DNA from: an uncultured Holophagales bacterium
GTDB lineage: Bacteria; Acidobacteriota; Thermoanaerobaculia; Multivoradales; UBA5704
Direction of reading: 5' to 3'
Assembly: GCA_963842525.1 (NCBI GenBank)
Contig: CAWJGT010000009.1
Span: 1,728,001-1,792,000 of the forward strand
Length of the DNA: 64,000 bases
The translations under genes were made by a program, and so were the position numbers. The notes under the pieces were generated by a model. The model was not told where the DNA came from, searched no databases, and worked only from the letters and a program-made list of their open reading frames with translations. The first letter of the stretch is position 1. The number at the start of each line of letters is the position of its first letter. Shown here one piece after another: positions 26,602 through 36,203 of this stretch.

Positions 26602-26748
26602 GTGGCCGAGGAGCCGGAGCAGAAGCTGGCAACGGTGACGATCCAGCAGCCCGGCTCTTGGAACGAACAGGGCGTCGTCGCCTTCGGAGAGCTGGACCCG
26701 GTGGTCTTCAGCGAGCTGGTGCGGGACGTGGAGTCTCTGCGGGGCTGA
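26602..26748 (+). pseudogene. C-terminal remnant of a third DUF4132 paralog
   Basis: EEPEQKLATVTIQQPGSWNEQGVVAFGELDPVVFSELVRDVESLRG* matches the C-terminus of 31611-35060. Confidence 0.8.
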
Positions 26749-26862
26749 CCCCCTCACCCCCGACCCCTTTTCTATCGCCCCCGAGGGCAATCCGCAAGTC
26801 GCAGAGCCGCGGCCGCGTTTCCCAGCGCATGTGAGGGTCAAGGGGCAATACCGTTCGATTAG

Positions 26863-27145
26863 TTTGTCAGATTGCCGCAGAGAGACTGAGCCCCCGGAGG
26901 GGGCGACGGCGTGTAGCCCAGGGCGTGAGCCCTGGGTAAAAGGCCCGAATAATTTCTCCGAGCCCCGGTAGGGGCGACAGCGCGGGCGAGGGGCGCAAGC
27001 CCCGAAGGGCGTGGAGGAAGGTGCCGTCGCCCCGCTGGGGCTGGGGGTCAATCGGGGACCGCAGACCCAGGGCTGACGCCCTGGGCTACACGCCGTCGCC
27101 CCCCTCCGGGGGCTCAGAATCTCCTCTACCCAGCAATCTGACAAA
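26863..27145. mobile_element. MITE-like nested inverted-repeat element
   Basis: Terminal IR tttgtcagattgc/gcaatctgacaaa; inner IR of about 50 bp (ctgagcccccggag...ccctgggt) and a third inner IR. Confidence 0.65.
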
Positions 27146-27267
27146 GTAGAATTAGGGCTCGTCACGAAATAAGGCCTTCTAGCGAGCTGACAAGGTCTGT
27201 CCTGGGACCCCAGACCCGTCGTGTCATCCTGAGCATAGCGAAGGATCTGGGGGCAGGGAGGCTGCAC

Positions 27268-27500
27268 GCCGCGGGACCACTGCGAGCCACCGCAGTGAGC
27301 GTCCATGGTCCCGCGGTGGCTCCCGCCGGTGCCGCGGGACCACAGCGAGCCACCGCAGTGAGCGTCGATGGTCCCGTGGTGGCTCCTGCCGGTGCCGCGG
27401 GACCACAGCGAGCCACCGCAGGGAACGTCGATGGTCCCGTGGTGAATCCTGCCGGTTCCGCGGGACCACTGACGCGAGTCTCCACGGGGACCACTCGCGT
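27268..27500. repeat. 63-bp tandem repeat (about 3.5 units), each unit a hairpin
   Basis: Units start at 27268, 27331, 27394, 27457; ccgcgggacca...tggtcccgcgg. Confidence 0.85.
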
Positions 27501-27585
27501 GCCGAACAGCATTGGGTCAAGGGGGGAGGCTCTTGCGATAGAATCATTGCAATTTTCCACGTGAGCCGCCGCCTCGGAGGACGGA

Positions 27586-30500
27586 ATGCCGAGATACGAG
27601 TACGTCGAGGGGACGTCTGCGAAGTTCTGGGAGATCGAGGTCGATGGCGCCTCGGTCACCACGCGCTGGGGGCGTCTCGGCACCGCGGGGCAGGAGAAGA
27701 CCAAGGCCTTCGCGAGCCCCGACAAGGCGCGGGCCGAATACGACGGCCTGATCCGGGAGAAGGTGGGGAAGGGCTACCAGCAGGCCGGCGAGGTCGAGGG
27801 GAGAAGTCCTCACCCCCTGTCCCCCTCTCCCATCTCCCTTCCACCCCCCGCCGGGAGAGGGGGAACGCATCCGGAGCCTTCCAGCGAGCTCGCCACAGCG
27901 GCATCAACAACGTCCCCCCTCTCCCGGGGCAGGGAGGGTGGGAGATGGGAGAGGGGGACAGGGGGTGAGGACCAGCCTCCGCTACCACGCGACTACGTCA
28001 TCGCCTGGACCGACGCCCTGCGCCGCAAGCTCCACCCGCGCCGGGGCTCGGGCATGCGGACGGTCCCCCTCTCGCCCAAGGCAGCCTTCGCGCGCATGCG
28101 GGCGCACTGGGATTTGCACGCCGGGCTGTGGAAGAAGGCACCCCAGGACCGGGAGCCGTCGCTGGTCCTCGCCCTGGAGGCGGTCCGCCGGCGCTTCAGC
28201 GGGCCTCCGGACGCCGTGCCGCCTCCCGCCGGGGCCGAGGTGGAAGCGGCCACCTTCGCCGTGTTGAGGCATTCCAGCCAAGTCCGTTTGCGTCAGGCCG
28301 GGGACGTGCACGACGAGGTGGTGGACTTCTGGGCCGGCACGTCCGGACTGGCCGGCGCGGTCCGCTTCCTGCTGGCATCCCTTGACGTCGCCCCTGTGTC
28401 TCTCGGCATCCCTCCGGCGGTCTGGCTGGTCCGCCCGGACGCGGGGGTGTCGGAATCGTGGTTGTTGCAGGCGTTCCCCGGCTCCATGCCCGCCCTGGCG
28501 GCCGCACAGGGAAAACCCCCGGCCATGGTGAGCGCTCTCGTGGCCGCCCTGGCGAGCGGGGTGGAACGGGACCTCCATGCCCGCCTTGGCGGTTTCGCCC
28601 AGGCACGGCTGGAAGGATGGCTGCGCCTGCGGCGGCTCCTGGCCTCGGCGGACGAAGCGGCATGGCAGGAGGCGCGCGAAGAGGCGTCCCGGCTGCGGGA
28701 GGGAGCGCCGCTGCTGCGGCGCGCGGCGCTCTCCTATCTCTTCCCCGATGTCCTGGAGTGGGCCGAGGAGGATGTGCGAGGGGCCCTGGGCATGAGCCTC
28801 TTCCCCAAGTATGCGGGGTGTCTCGCCACCTGCCTGCGCGATGCCGACCTGATCGACCGGATGATGGCGAACAATCCTTTCTATATCCTGCCCTGGACCG
28901 GCAGAGGTTGGGACGTGACGGGCGTGGCGCTCTCCCTGGTGGAGGGATTGGGGGAGGCGGCGGTACCGCGCATCGTGCGCTTCTTCGATCCCCGCTTTCC
29001 GGCGGAGGATCGGAAGGCGGCCGCGGAGGCGCTGGCCATCGTCCCTGCCGCGGAGGCCGCCACGGCGCTGGCTGTGCGGCTCGACGACAAGGCTGTGACC
29101 GGCGCGGCGCAGACCTTCGCCGCGAGCTTTCCCCGGCTGGCCCTGCCAGCTTTCGCCGCTCAGCTCGGCCGCGGCCCGGGCGGCCGGACGGCCGAGTCGC
29201 TGCTGGCGGGGATCGCCGGTGGAGACCCGGAGCTCGCCGCGGAGCTGCTGCCCTCCCTGCCCGAGCCGTCGCGCCGCACCCTGGAGGCTTTGCTGGCGCG
29301 GACCGCCGCTCCCGAGAGGGAGGCCGGCCCCGGCGAGCTGCCGCGGGTTCTGGCCCATCCCCCCTGGACGGAGAAACGGACGCGCAAGCCGCCGCGGATC
29401 CTGACCCTCGAGCCGCTGCCGGACCAGGAGTCGATGGCCTGGAAACCGGGGCAGCGGGAGCGGTGGCTCGCCATCCGTTCGTCCTGGGACCTGGGGCCTG
29501 ATCTCTCGTCGTACGACCGGGACGCCCACGTGGTGTCCTCGATCCTCGGCCCGCAGGCGATCATCCCGGTGCCGCAGGCGATGAGCGACGAGGTGCTGCG
29601 GCGGCGCATCGCGTGGGAGCTGTCCTCCGGCCGGAAGCCGTTCTGCGCCTATGTGGGCCTCCTCGCCTCGGCCTCGCCCGGGCTGGCGCTCGCGCTGTGG
29701 GAGATGATCCCCCCGGAGTTTTGGTCCCTCAGCCAGCAGCGGCTGGAGCGGTTCGTGGCGCAGCACGGGCTGGCGGCCTTGCCCGGGCTCCTGCGGTTCG
29801 CCCAGGCGCACCTGACGGCGGCTCTGGAGGTCTGCCTGCCCTTCCGCTCGGCGAGGATCGCGCCTCTGGCGGCCGACGCACTTGTCCGTCTCAAGGCGGC
29901 TCGCCCGGCCGCGCAACGCTGGCTCCTCGCCCACGCCGAGACCGCCGCCTTCGCCCTGATCCCGCCGGCGGTCGGGCCGGCAGGCCCGGCGCGGCAGGGC
30001 GCAGAGGCCGCGCTCCGCATCCTCGCCGCCGAGGGCCACGAAGAGGTCGTCCTTGCCGCGGCGGCGCGCTATGGCGGCGAGGCGCGGGAGGCCGTGGGAG
30101 AGCTGCTGGCCTTCGACCCTCTCGACCTGTTCCCGGCCAAGCTGCCGAAGAGGCCCGCCTTCTGGCAGCCGCCGGCCTTCGCCCGGCCGCTGCTGCGCGA
30201 CCGCGCGACCGCCCTGCCCCTCGGCGCCATCGAGCATCTGGGTGCGATGCTCGCCTTTTCACGGCCGGACGAGCCCTACTCCGGAATCGCTCAGGTCAGG
30301 GAGGCGTGCGATCCGGAGTCGCTCGCGGCCTTCGCCTGGGACCTCTTCTCCTCTTGGCTGAACGCCGGCTCGCCCGCCAAGGAGGGGTGGGCCTTGCAGG
30401 CGCTCGGCCTCCTGGGCGACGACGGGTGCGCGCGGCGGCTCGCGGCCCTGATCCGGCAGTGGCCGGGCGAAGGGGGCCACGCCCGCGCTGTCGCCGGCCT

Positions 30501-31592
30501 CGACGTCCTGCGGGCCATCGGCACCGATGTTGCCCTGATGCACCTCCACGGCATCGCCCAGAAGGTGAAGTTCAAGGCGCTCCAGGAGAAGGCACAGGAG
30601 AAGGTCGGCGAGGTCGCGGAGCAGCGGGGCCTCACTCCCGAGGAGCTGGCCGACCGCCTGGTGCCCGACCTCGGCCTCGGCCCGGACGGCTCCATGGCCC
30701 TCGATTTTGGAGGGGGGGCCCCCGCGCTTTCCGCGTCGGCTTCGACGAGCATCTGAAGCCCTTCGTGCGGGACGCCGCGGGCAAGCGGATCTCCGATCTG
30801 CCGAAGCCTGGCAAGGGGGATAATCCGGAGCTGGCGGCGCGGGCGCAAGAGGCCTGGAAGGCGCTCAAGAAGGACGCGAAGACCGTCGCCTCGCAGCAGA
30901 TCCTGCGCCTGGAGCGGGCGATGTGCGACCGCCGGCGCTGGCCCGAGGAGGTGTTCCGGCCGTTCCTCGCCGAGCACCCGCTGGTCCAGCACCTCGCCCG
31001 CCGGCTCGTCTGGGCAACGTGGGATGCAGACGGAAAGCTCGAAAGCACGTTCCGGATCTCCGAGGACGGCAGCTTTGCCAGCGCCGCCGACGAGGCCTGG
31101 GAGCTGCCTTCCGGCTCGACCCTGGGTCTGGTTCACACCCTCGACCTGACGGACGACCTCGCGGCACGCTGGGGCCAGGTGCTGGGCGATTACGAGATCC
31201 TCCAACCGTTCCGCCAGATCGGCCGCGAGGTCTACGCCATCTCCTGGGCGGAAAAGGAGGCCCTGGAGCTGCACCGCTTCGACGGAATGAAGGTGCCCAC
31301 GGGGAAGATCCTGGGGCTGGTGGCGCGGGGCTGGGTGCGTGGCGACCCGCAGGACGCCGGCCTCGTTTTCTGGGTCGAGAAGCCCCTGCCCGGCACCGGC
31401 CGCGTGGCCCGCCTGGAATTCCTGCCGGGGTTCCCCGTCATGGACCTCACGGACTTCGAGGAGCAGGAGATCCATCGCCTCACCCTGGAGGAGCCGGGCG
31501 GTTGGACGGAGGGAGGGGCGCTCGCCTTCGGCGCGCTGGAGCCGATCCTCTTCAGCGAGCTGGTGCGGGAGCTGGAGATGCTGCGCGCCTGA
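27586..31592 (+). CDS. WGR-domain plus DUF4132 protein (MolR/YehI-like); frameshift near 30715
   Basis: WGR (KFWEI, RWGRLGTAGQ, KVGKGY); DUF4132 region (ELADRLVPDLGL, HPLVQHLARRLVW, LQPFRQIGRE). Confidence 0.85.
27808..27970. repeat. REP doublet inserted in frame in the WGR-DUF4132 gene
   Basis: cctcaccccctgtccccctctccc...gggagagggggacagggggtgagg, translated as PHPLSPSP...WERGTGGE. Confidence 0.85.
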
Positions 31593-31610
31593 GGCCGGCG
31601 AGGGTACACC

Positions 31611-34600
31611 ATGGAAATCGACACCTTCTGGACCGACGCGCTACGCCGCAAGCTCCATCCGCGCCGGGGCTCGGGGGTGCGGACCCGGCCGCGCAAGCCG
31701 GCGGAGGCCTTCGCCCGCATGCAAGCGGCCTGGAAGAGCCGCGCCGAGGCCTGGGCCGAAACAGCGCAGTGGAAAGACCCCGGGACGCGGCCTCTCTTTG
31801 CGGCGGCTCGCGACAAGCTGGCCGGGAGCGCCGAGGCCGTTCCGCCGCCCGGAAGCCCCGAAGAGGAAGCGGCGGTCCTGGCGGTCCTCTCCATCAAGGA
31901 GGGCTGGGACCCTCCCATCGGAAGCGAAGTCGTCGATTACTGGCTCGGGACGGCCGGCCCGGCATTCGCGGTGGAGGCGCTGGCCGCTTCCCTGGAGATC
32001 CATGTGGAGCACGGCAGCCTGTCGGACCGCTGGCTTCGGAGATCTCCGGTGCCGCCGGCCACCTCGGAGGGCCGCGGCCTCGCCTACGGCATCCTCGGCC
32101 CCTGGCTGCGTCTGCGCCGGCTCCTGGCCTCGGTGGGCGAGGCCGAGTGGGAGCGCGCCCGCGAGGCTGCGGAACGGCTGCGGGGGGGCTCCGACCACCT
32201 CGTCCTCCGCGCCGGCCTTGCCTATCTCTTCCCCGACGTCCCGGAGTGGGCCGAGGAAGAGGCGCGGACGACCCTGGAGCTGGGCCACGCGCTGGCCCAT
32301 GCCGGTTGCCTCCTCACTTCTGTGCGCGACGGCGATCTCCTGGAACGCCTGATGGGCCTCCACCGCCATCCCCACACCCTCGTGCCCCGGGTGGACACGG
32401 CCCAGGACGAGCCGGACGTGGCCGGCGTGGCGCTCTCCATGGCGGAGGGGGCGGGGCCCGCGGCGGTGCCGGCCCTGGAGAAGCTCCTTATCCTGTGCCC
32501 GAACGCGCCGCAGCGCCGGGCCTGCGCCGAGGCCCTGGCCCTCCTGCCGGACGCGCGGGCCGTCGCCGCCCTGACCAGACGCAGCGACCTCAAGGAGGTG
32601 GTCCCGTCGGCGACCGAGGCCGCCCAGCGCTTCCCGCGGCTGGCCCTGCCGGCGCTCGCCGCGGAGGTGGCGCGCGGCGGCAAGACGGGCAAGGCGTGCG
32701 ACCCGGTGCTGCGCCAGCTCGTCCTCCAGGACCCCGGCCTCGGCCGGGAGCTGCTCCCGGCGCTGCCCGAGGCCGCCCGCCGCCTCCTCGAGCCCCTGCT
32801 GGGACGGGTTGCGCTCGCGGTCGTGGACGCTCCCCCCGAGGCCCTGCCGCCGATCCTGGTCCAGCCGCCGTGGATCGAGCCGACGCCTCGCAGCACCGCA
32901 GTGCAGGAGCTCCGCCTCGATCCCCTGTCCCTTCCGGACACCATGGCCTGGAGAGAGGGGCAGCGGGAGGAGTGGCTCGCGGCGCCGATCCAGACCGGCG
33001 ACATGCTCGCGACCGTCGTCGGAGGTTCCATCGCCCGGGAGCTGCGCGGCATGACCGACGAGGCGGCGCTGCGGGAAAAGATCCGGAGCCTCGCTCCCAC
33101 TGTGCAGTCGCGGCGCTATTGCAGCCCGGGGCCCCTTGCCCGGCTGCCTGCGCCGATCGGCGTGATGCTGTGGAACGAGATGCCGTCCGAAATCTGGTCG
33201 TTGACGGACTGGGACCGGATCGAGCGTTTCCTCGCGAGGCGAGAAATGGAGGCGCTTCCGGGGCTGCTCCGCTTTGCCGCCATCAAGCCGGTCCAGGGTT
33301 TTCCCCTGCTCCAGCCCTTCCGTGCGCAGACGATCGCGCCCGTGGCGGCGCGGGCCCTCTCCGGCAAGCAGGGACGGCTGGCGGCGCTGCGCTGGTTGCG
33401 GCTGCACGCCGAGCACGCGGCTGCGGCTCTGATCCCGCCGGCGGTCGGACCCGCGGGCGAGGAGCGGGACGCGGCTTCCGTCGCTCTGCAGCTCCTGGCC
33501 GGCCAGGGGAAGCGGGAGGTGGTCCTGGAGGTGGCGGCGCGCTATGGCGAGGAGGCGCCGGCCGCCGTGCGCGAGGTGCTCGACGACGAGCCCCTGTCCC
33601 GGTTCCCCCGCAAGCTGCCGCAGATGCCGGGCCTCTGGCAGCCGGAAGGCCTGACGCGGCCCCGGCTGCGCGGAGGTGACGCGGCTCTCCCCCTCGCGGC
33701 CGTCGGGCATCTCGGCACCATGCTCGCCTTCTCGCGCCTGGACGAGCCCTACGCCGGGCTGCGGCTCGTGCGGGAGGCCTGCGAGCCCTCCTCGCTGGCG
33801 GCCTTCGCCTGGGATCTGTTCCAATCGTGGCTGGCCGCGGGAGCGCCGGCCCAGGAGGCCTGGGCTTTCTACGCTCTGGGGCACCTCGGCGACGACGCCT
33901 GCGCGCGCCGGCTCGCGCCGCTGATCCGCCAATGGCCGGCCGAGGGAGGGCACACCCGCGCGGTCATGGGCCTGGACGTGTTGCAGGCGATCGGCACCGA
34001 CGTCGCCCTCATGCTCCTGCACGGCATCGCCGAAAAGGCCCGCCATCAGGGGATTCAGAAGGCCGCCGCGGAGAGGATCCAGGATCTCGCCGACCAGCGC
34101 GGCCTGACCGCCGAAGAGCTGGCCGACCGCCTGGTGCCCGACCTCGGGCTGGGGGCGGACGGCTCGCTGGTCCTGGACTTCGGCCCGCGCTCGTTCCGCG
34201 TCGGTTTCGACGAGCACCTGCGGCCCTTCGTCCGCAATACCGAAGGCAAGCGGCTGCCGGACCTGCCGAAGCCGAACAAGGAAGACGATGCGGGCAAGGC
34301 CGCGCAAGCCCAGGAGGCCTGGAAGGCGCTCAAGAAGGACGTGAAGGCATTGGCCGCTCTCCAGCTCCTGCGGCTGGAGCTGGCCTTGGCCGGACGCCGG
34401 CGCTGGGAGCCGGAGGTGTTCCGCGTCTTCCTCGCCGGGCACCCCCTCGTCCAGCACCTGGTGCGGCGCCTGGTCTGGGGCGCCTATGACGCGACAGGGG
34501 GCCTCCTGGGCACCTTCCGGGTCGCCGAAGACGGCAGCCTGGCCGATACGGCGGACGACCCCTGGAACCTTCCCGCCGGTCTGAGCGTGGGCGTGGCCCA

Positions 34601-35060
34601 TCCTCTCGAAATGGAAGCCAGCCTCGTGCAGCGCTGGGGCGAGGTCCTCGCCGACTACGAGATCCTCCAGCCCTTCCCGCAGCTCGGCCGCGACGTGTAC
34701 CAGCCCACCGACGAGGAGCGCACGGCGAAGAAGCTGCTGCGCTTCGAGGGGCTGGAGGCCTCGACGGGCAGGGTGCTCAAGCTGGTCGACCAGCGGGGGT
34801 GGCGCCGCGGCCCGACCGGCAACAAGGGCTACATCTGGTACTTCGAAAAACCGCTGCCGGACAGGATGCACCTGGTGCGCCTGGAGCTCCAGCCCGGAAT
34901 CAGCGTCGGCTCGCCGATGGAGGAGCCGGAGCAGACCCTCGGCCCGGTGATCGTCAACCGGCCGGGCGCCTGGGTGGACGAGGGCACGCTCGCCTTCGGG
35001 GAGCTGGACCCTGTAGCCTTCAGCGAGCTGGTGCGCGACCTGGAGATGCTGCGGGGGTGA
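31611..35060 (+). CDS. DUF4132 protein (YehI-like), paralog without WGR
   Basis: Collinear with the upstream gene from WTDALRRKLHPRRG to FSELVRDLE. Confidence 0.88.
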   Translation: MEIDTFWTDALRRKLHPRRGSGVRTRPRKPAEAFARMQAAWKSRAEAWAETAQWKDPGTRPLFAAARDKLAGSAEAVPPPGSPEEEAAVLAVLSIKEGWDPPIGSEVVDYWLGTAGPAFAVEALAASLEIHVEHGSLSDRWLRRSPVPPATSEGRGLAYGILGPWLRLRRLLASVGEAEWERAREAAERLRGGSDHLVLRAGLAYLFPDVPEWAEEEARTTLELGHALAHAGCLLTSVRDGDLLERLMGLHRHPHTLVPRVDTAQDEPDVAGVALSMAEGAGPAAVPALEKLLILCPNAPQRRACAEALALLPDARAVAALTRRSDLKEVVPSATEAAQRFPRLALPALAAEVARGGKTGKACDPVLRQLVLQDPGLGRELLPALPEAARRLLEPLLGRVALAVVDAPPEALPPILVQPPWIEPTPRSTAVQELRLDPLSLPDTMAWREGQREEWLAAPIQTGDMLATVVGGSIARELRGMTDEAALREKIRSLAPTVQSRRYCSPGPLARLPAPIGVMLWNEMPSEIWSLTDWDRIERFLARREMEALPGLLRFAAIKPVQGFPLLQPFRAQTIAPVAARALSGKQGRLAALRWLRLHAEHAAAALIPPAVGPAGEERDAASVALQLLAGQGKREVVLEVAARYGEEAPAAVREVLDDEPLSRFPRKLPQMPGLWQPEGLTRPRLRGGDAALPLAAVGHLGTMLAFSRLDEPYAGLRLVREACEPSSLAAFAWDLFQSWLAAGAPAQEAWAFYALGHLGDDACARRLAPLIRQWPAEGGHTRAVMGLDVLQAIGTDVALMLLHGIAEKARHQGIQKAAAERIQDLADQRGLTAEELADRLVPDLGLGADGSLVLDFGPRSFRVGFDEHLRPFVRNTEGKRLPDLPKPNKEDDAGKAAQAQEAWKALKKDVKALAALQLLRLELALAGRRRWEPEVFRVFLAGHPLVQHLVRRLVWGAYDATGGLLGTFRVAEDGSLADTADDPWNLPAGLSVGVAHPLEMEASLVQRWGEVLADYEILQPFPQLGRDVYQPTDEERTAKKLLRFEGLEASTGRVLKLVDQRGWRRGPTGNKGYIWYFEKPLPDRMHLVRLELQPGISVGSPMEEPEQTLGPVIVNRPGAWVDEGTLAFGELDPVAFSELVRDLEMLRG

Positions 35061-35080
35061 TGTAATCATCGGAGAAGCCC

Positions 35081-36196
35081 ATGCCCAAACCGAAGCCCGC
35101 CCCCACACCCGCGATCCCGGACATCCAGCGGCCTCCCGCGGAGATCCTCTATGCCGACGAGCTGGAGCGCCTGAGGGCGGCCGACGAGGGACCCCGGCCG
35201 CCGGGATGGCAGCTTTCGCTCCACGGGGTGCGCCGGTTCGTGCTCGGCGACGAGAAGCTCCGGATACGCCGCAAGCTCGTGGGCAACCCGTCGCTCGTCG
35301 ACCGCGCCATGGTCACCCTCGCCACCAACCGCGGCCTGATGCTGGTGGGGGAGCCGGGCACGGCCAAATCGCTCCTTTCCGAGCTGCTCGCCGCGGCCGT
35401 CTCGGGGTGCTCGACCCTGACCATCCAGGGCGGGGCGTCGGTCACCGAGGACCAGATCAAATATTCGTGGAACTACGCCCTCCTCGTAGCTGAGGGACCG
35501 AGCCAGCGCGCCCTGGTGCCGGCTCCGCTCTACCTGGGCCTCAAGCTGGGCCGGATCGTCCGCTTCGAGGAGATCACCCGCTGCCCGCTGGAGGTCCAGG
35601 ACTCGCTGCTGGCCGTCCTCTCGGACCGCGTCCTCGCCGTGCCCGAGCTGGAGGGGGCGGACGGCATGCTCTTCGCCCGCGACGGATTCAATCTGGTGGC
35701 CACGGCCAACACGCGCGACCGCGGGGTCAACGAGATGTCGAGCGCCCTCAAACGGCGCTTCAACTTCGAGACGGTCTTTCCGATCGCGGACTACGAGACC
35801 GAGCTGGCGCTGGTGCGGGAGGAGACGGAGCGGCTGCTCCAGCGCTCGGGCGTGCCCGTGGCGCCGGACGACAAGATCCTCGAGGTCCTGGTGACCACCT
35901 TCCGCGAGCTGCGCTCCGGCGAGACGCAGGACGGGCAGGCCATGGAGCGGCTGAGCACGGTCCTGTCCACGGCCGAAGCGGTATCGGTGGCCCATGCGGT
36001 CGGTGTGCGCGGCTGGTTCCTGCGCGGCGGCCCGGGGGAGCCCGCCGACGTGGTCGAGTGCCTCGCCGGCGCGGCGGCCAAGGACAACCTGGAGGACCTG
36101 AAGCGCCTGCGCCGCTATCTGGAGCAGCAGGCCAACCGGCGCCAGGGTGACCACTGGCGCCAGTTCTACGAGGCGAGGCACCTGCTGCCGGGGTGA
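35081..36196 (+). CDS. yehL: MoxR-family AAA+ ATPase (YehL-like)
   Basis: GEPGTAKS Walker A, RFEEITR Walker B, ATANTRDRGVNEMSSALKRRF. Confidence 0.9.
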   Translation: MPKPKPAPTPAIPDIQRPPAEILYADELERLRAADEGPRPPGWQLSLHGVRRFVLGDEKLRIRRKLVGNPSLVDRAMVTLATNRGLMLVGEPGTAKSLLSELLAAAVSGCSTLTIQGGASVTEDQIKYSWNYALLVAEGPSQRALVPAPLYLGLKLGRIVRFEEITRCPLEVQDSLLAVLSDRVLAVPELEGADGMLFARDGFNLVATANTRDRGVNEMSSALKRRFNFETVFPIADYETELALVREETERLLQRSGVPVAPDDKILEVLVTTFRELRSGETQDGQAMERLSTVLSTAEAVSVAHAVGVRGWFLRGGPGEPADVVECLAGAAAKDNLEDLKRLRRYLEQQANRRQGDHWRQFYEARHLLPG

Positions 36197-36203
36197 GGCC
36201 TCG

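Noticed and set aside
27268-27500. Possible CRISPR array
   Set aside because: The between-repeat sequences are near-identical rather than unique spacers, and no cas genes are present
31641-35108. Very long antisense and alternate-frame ORFs (also 5553-8315, 23975-26632, 56074-59118)
   Set aside because: Shadow ORFs expected in high-GC DNA opposite well-supported genes; no recognisable motifs
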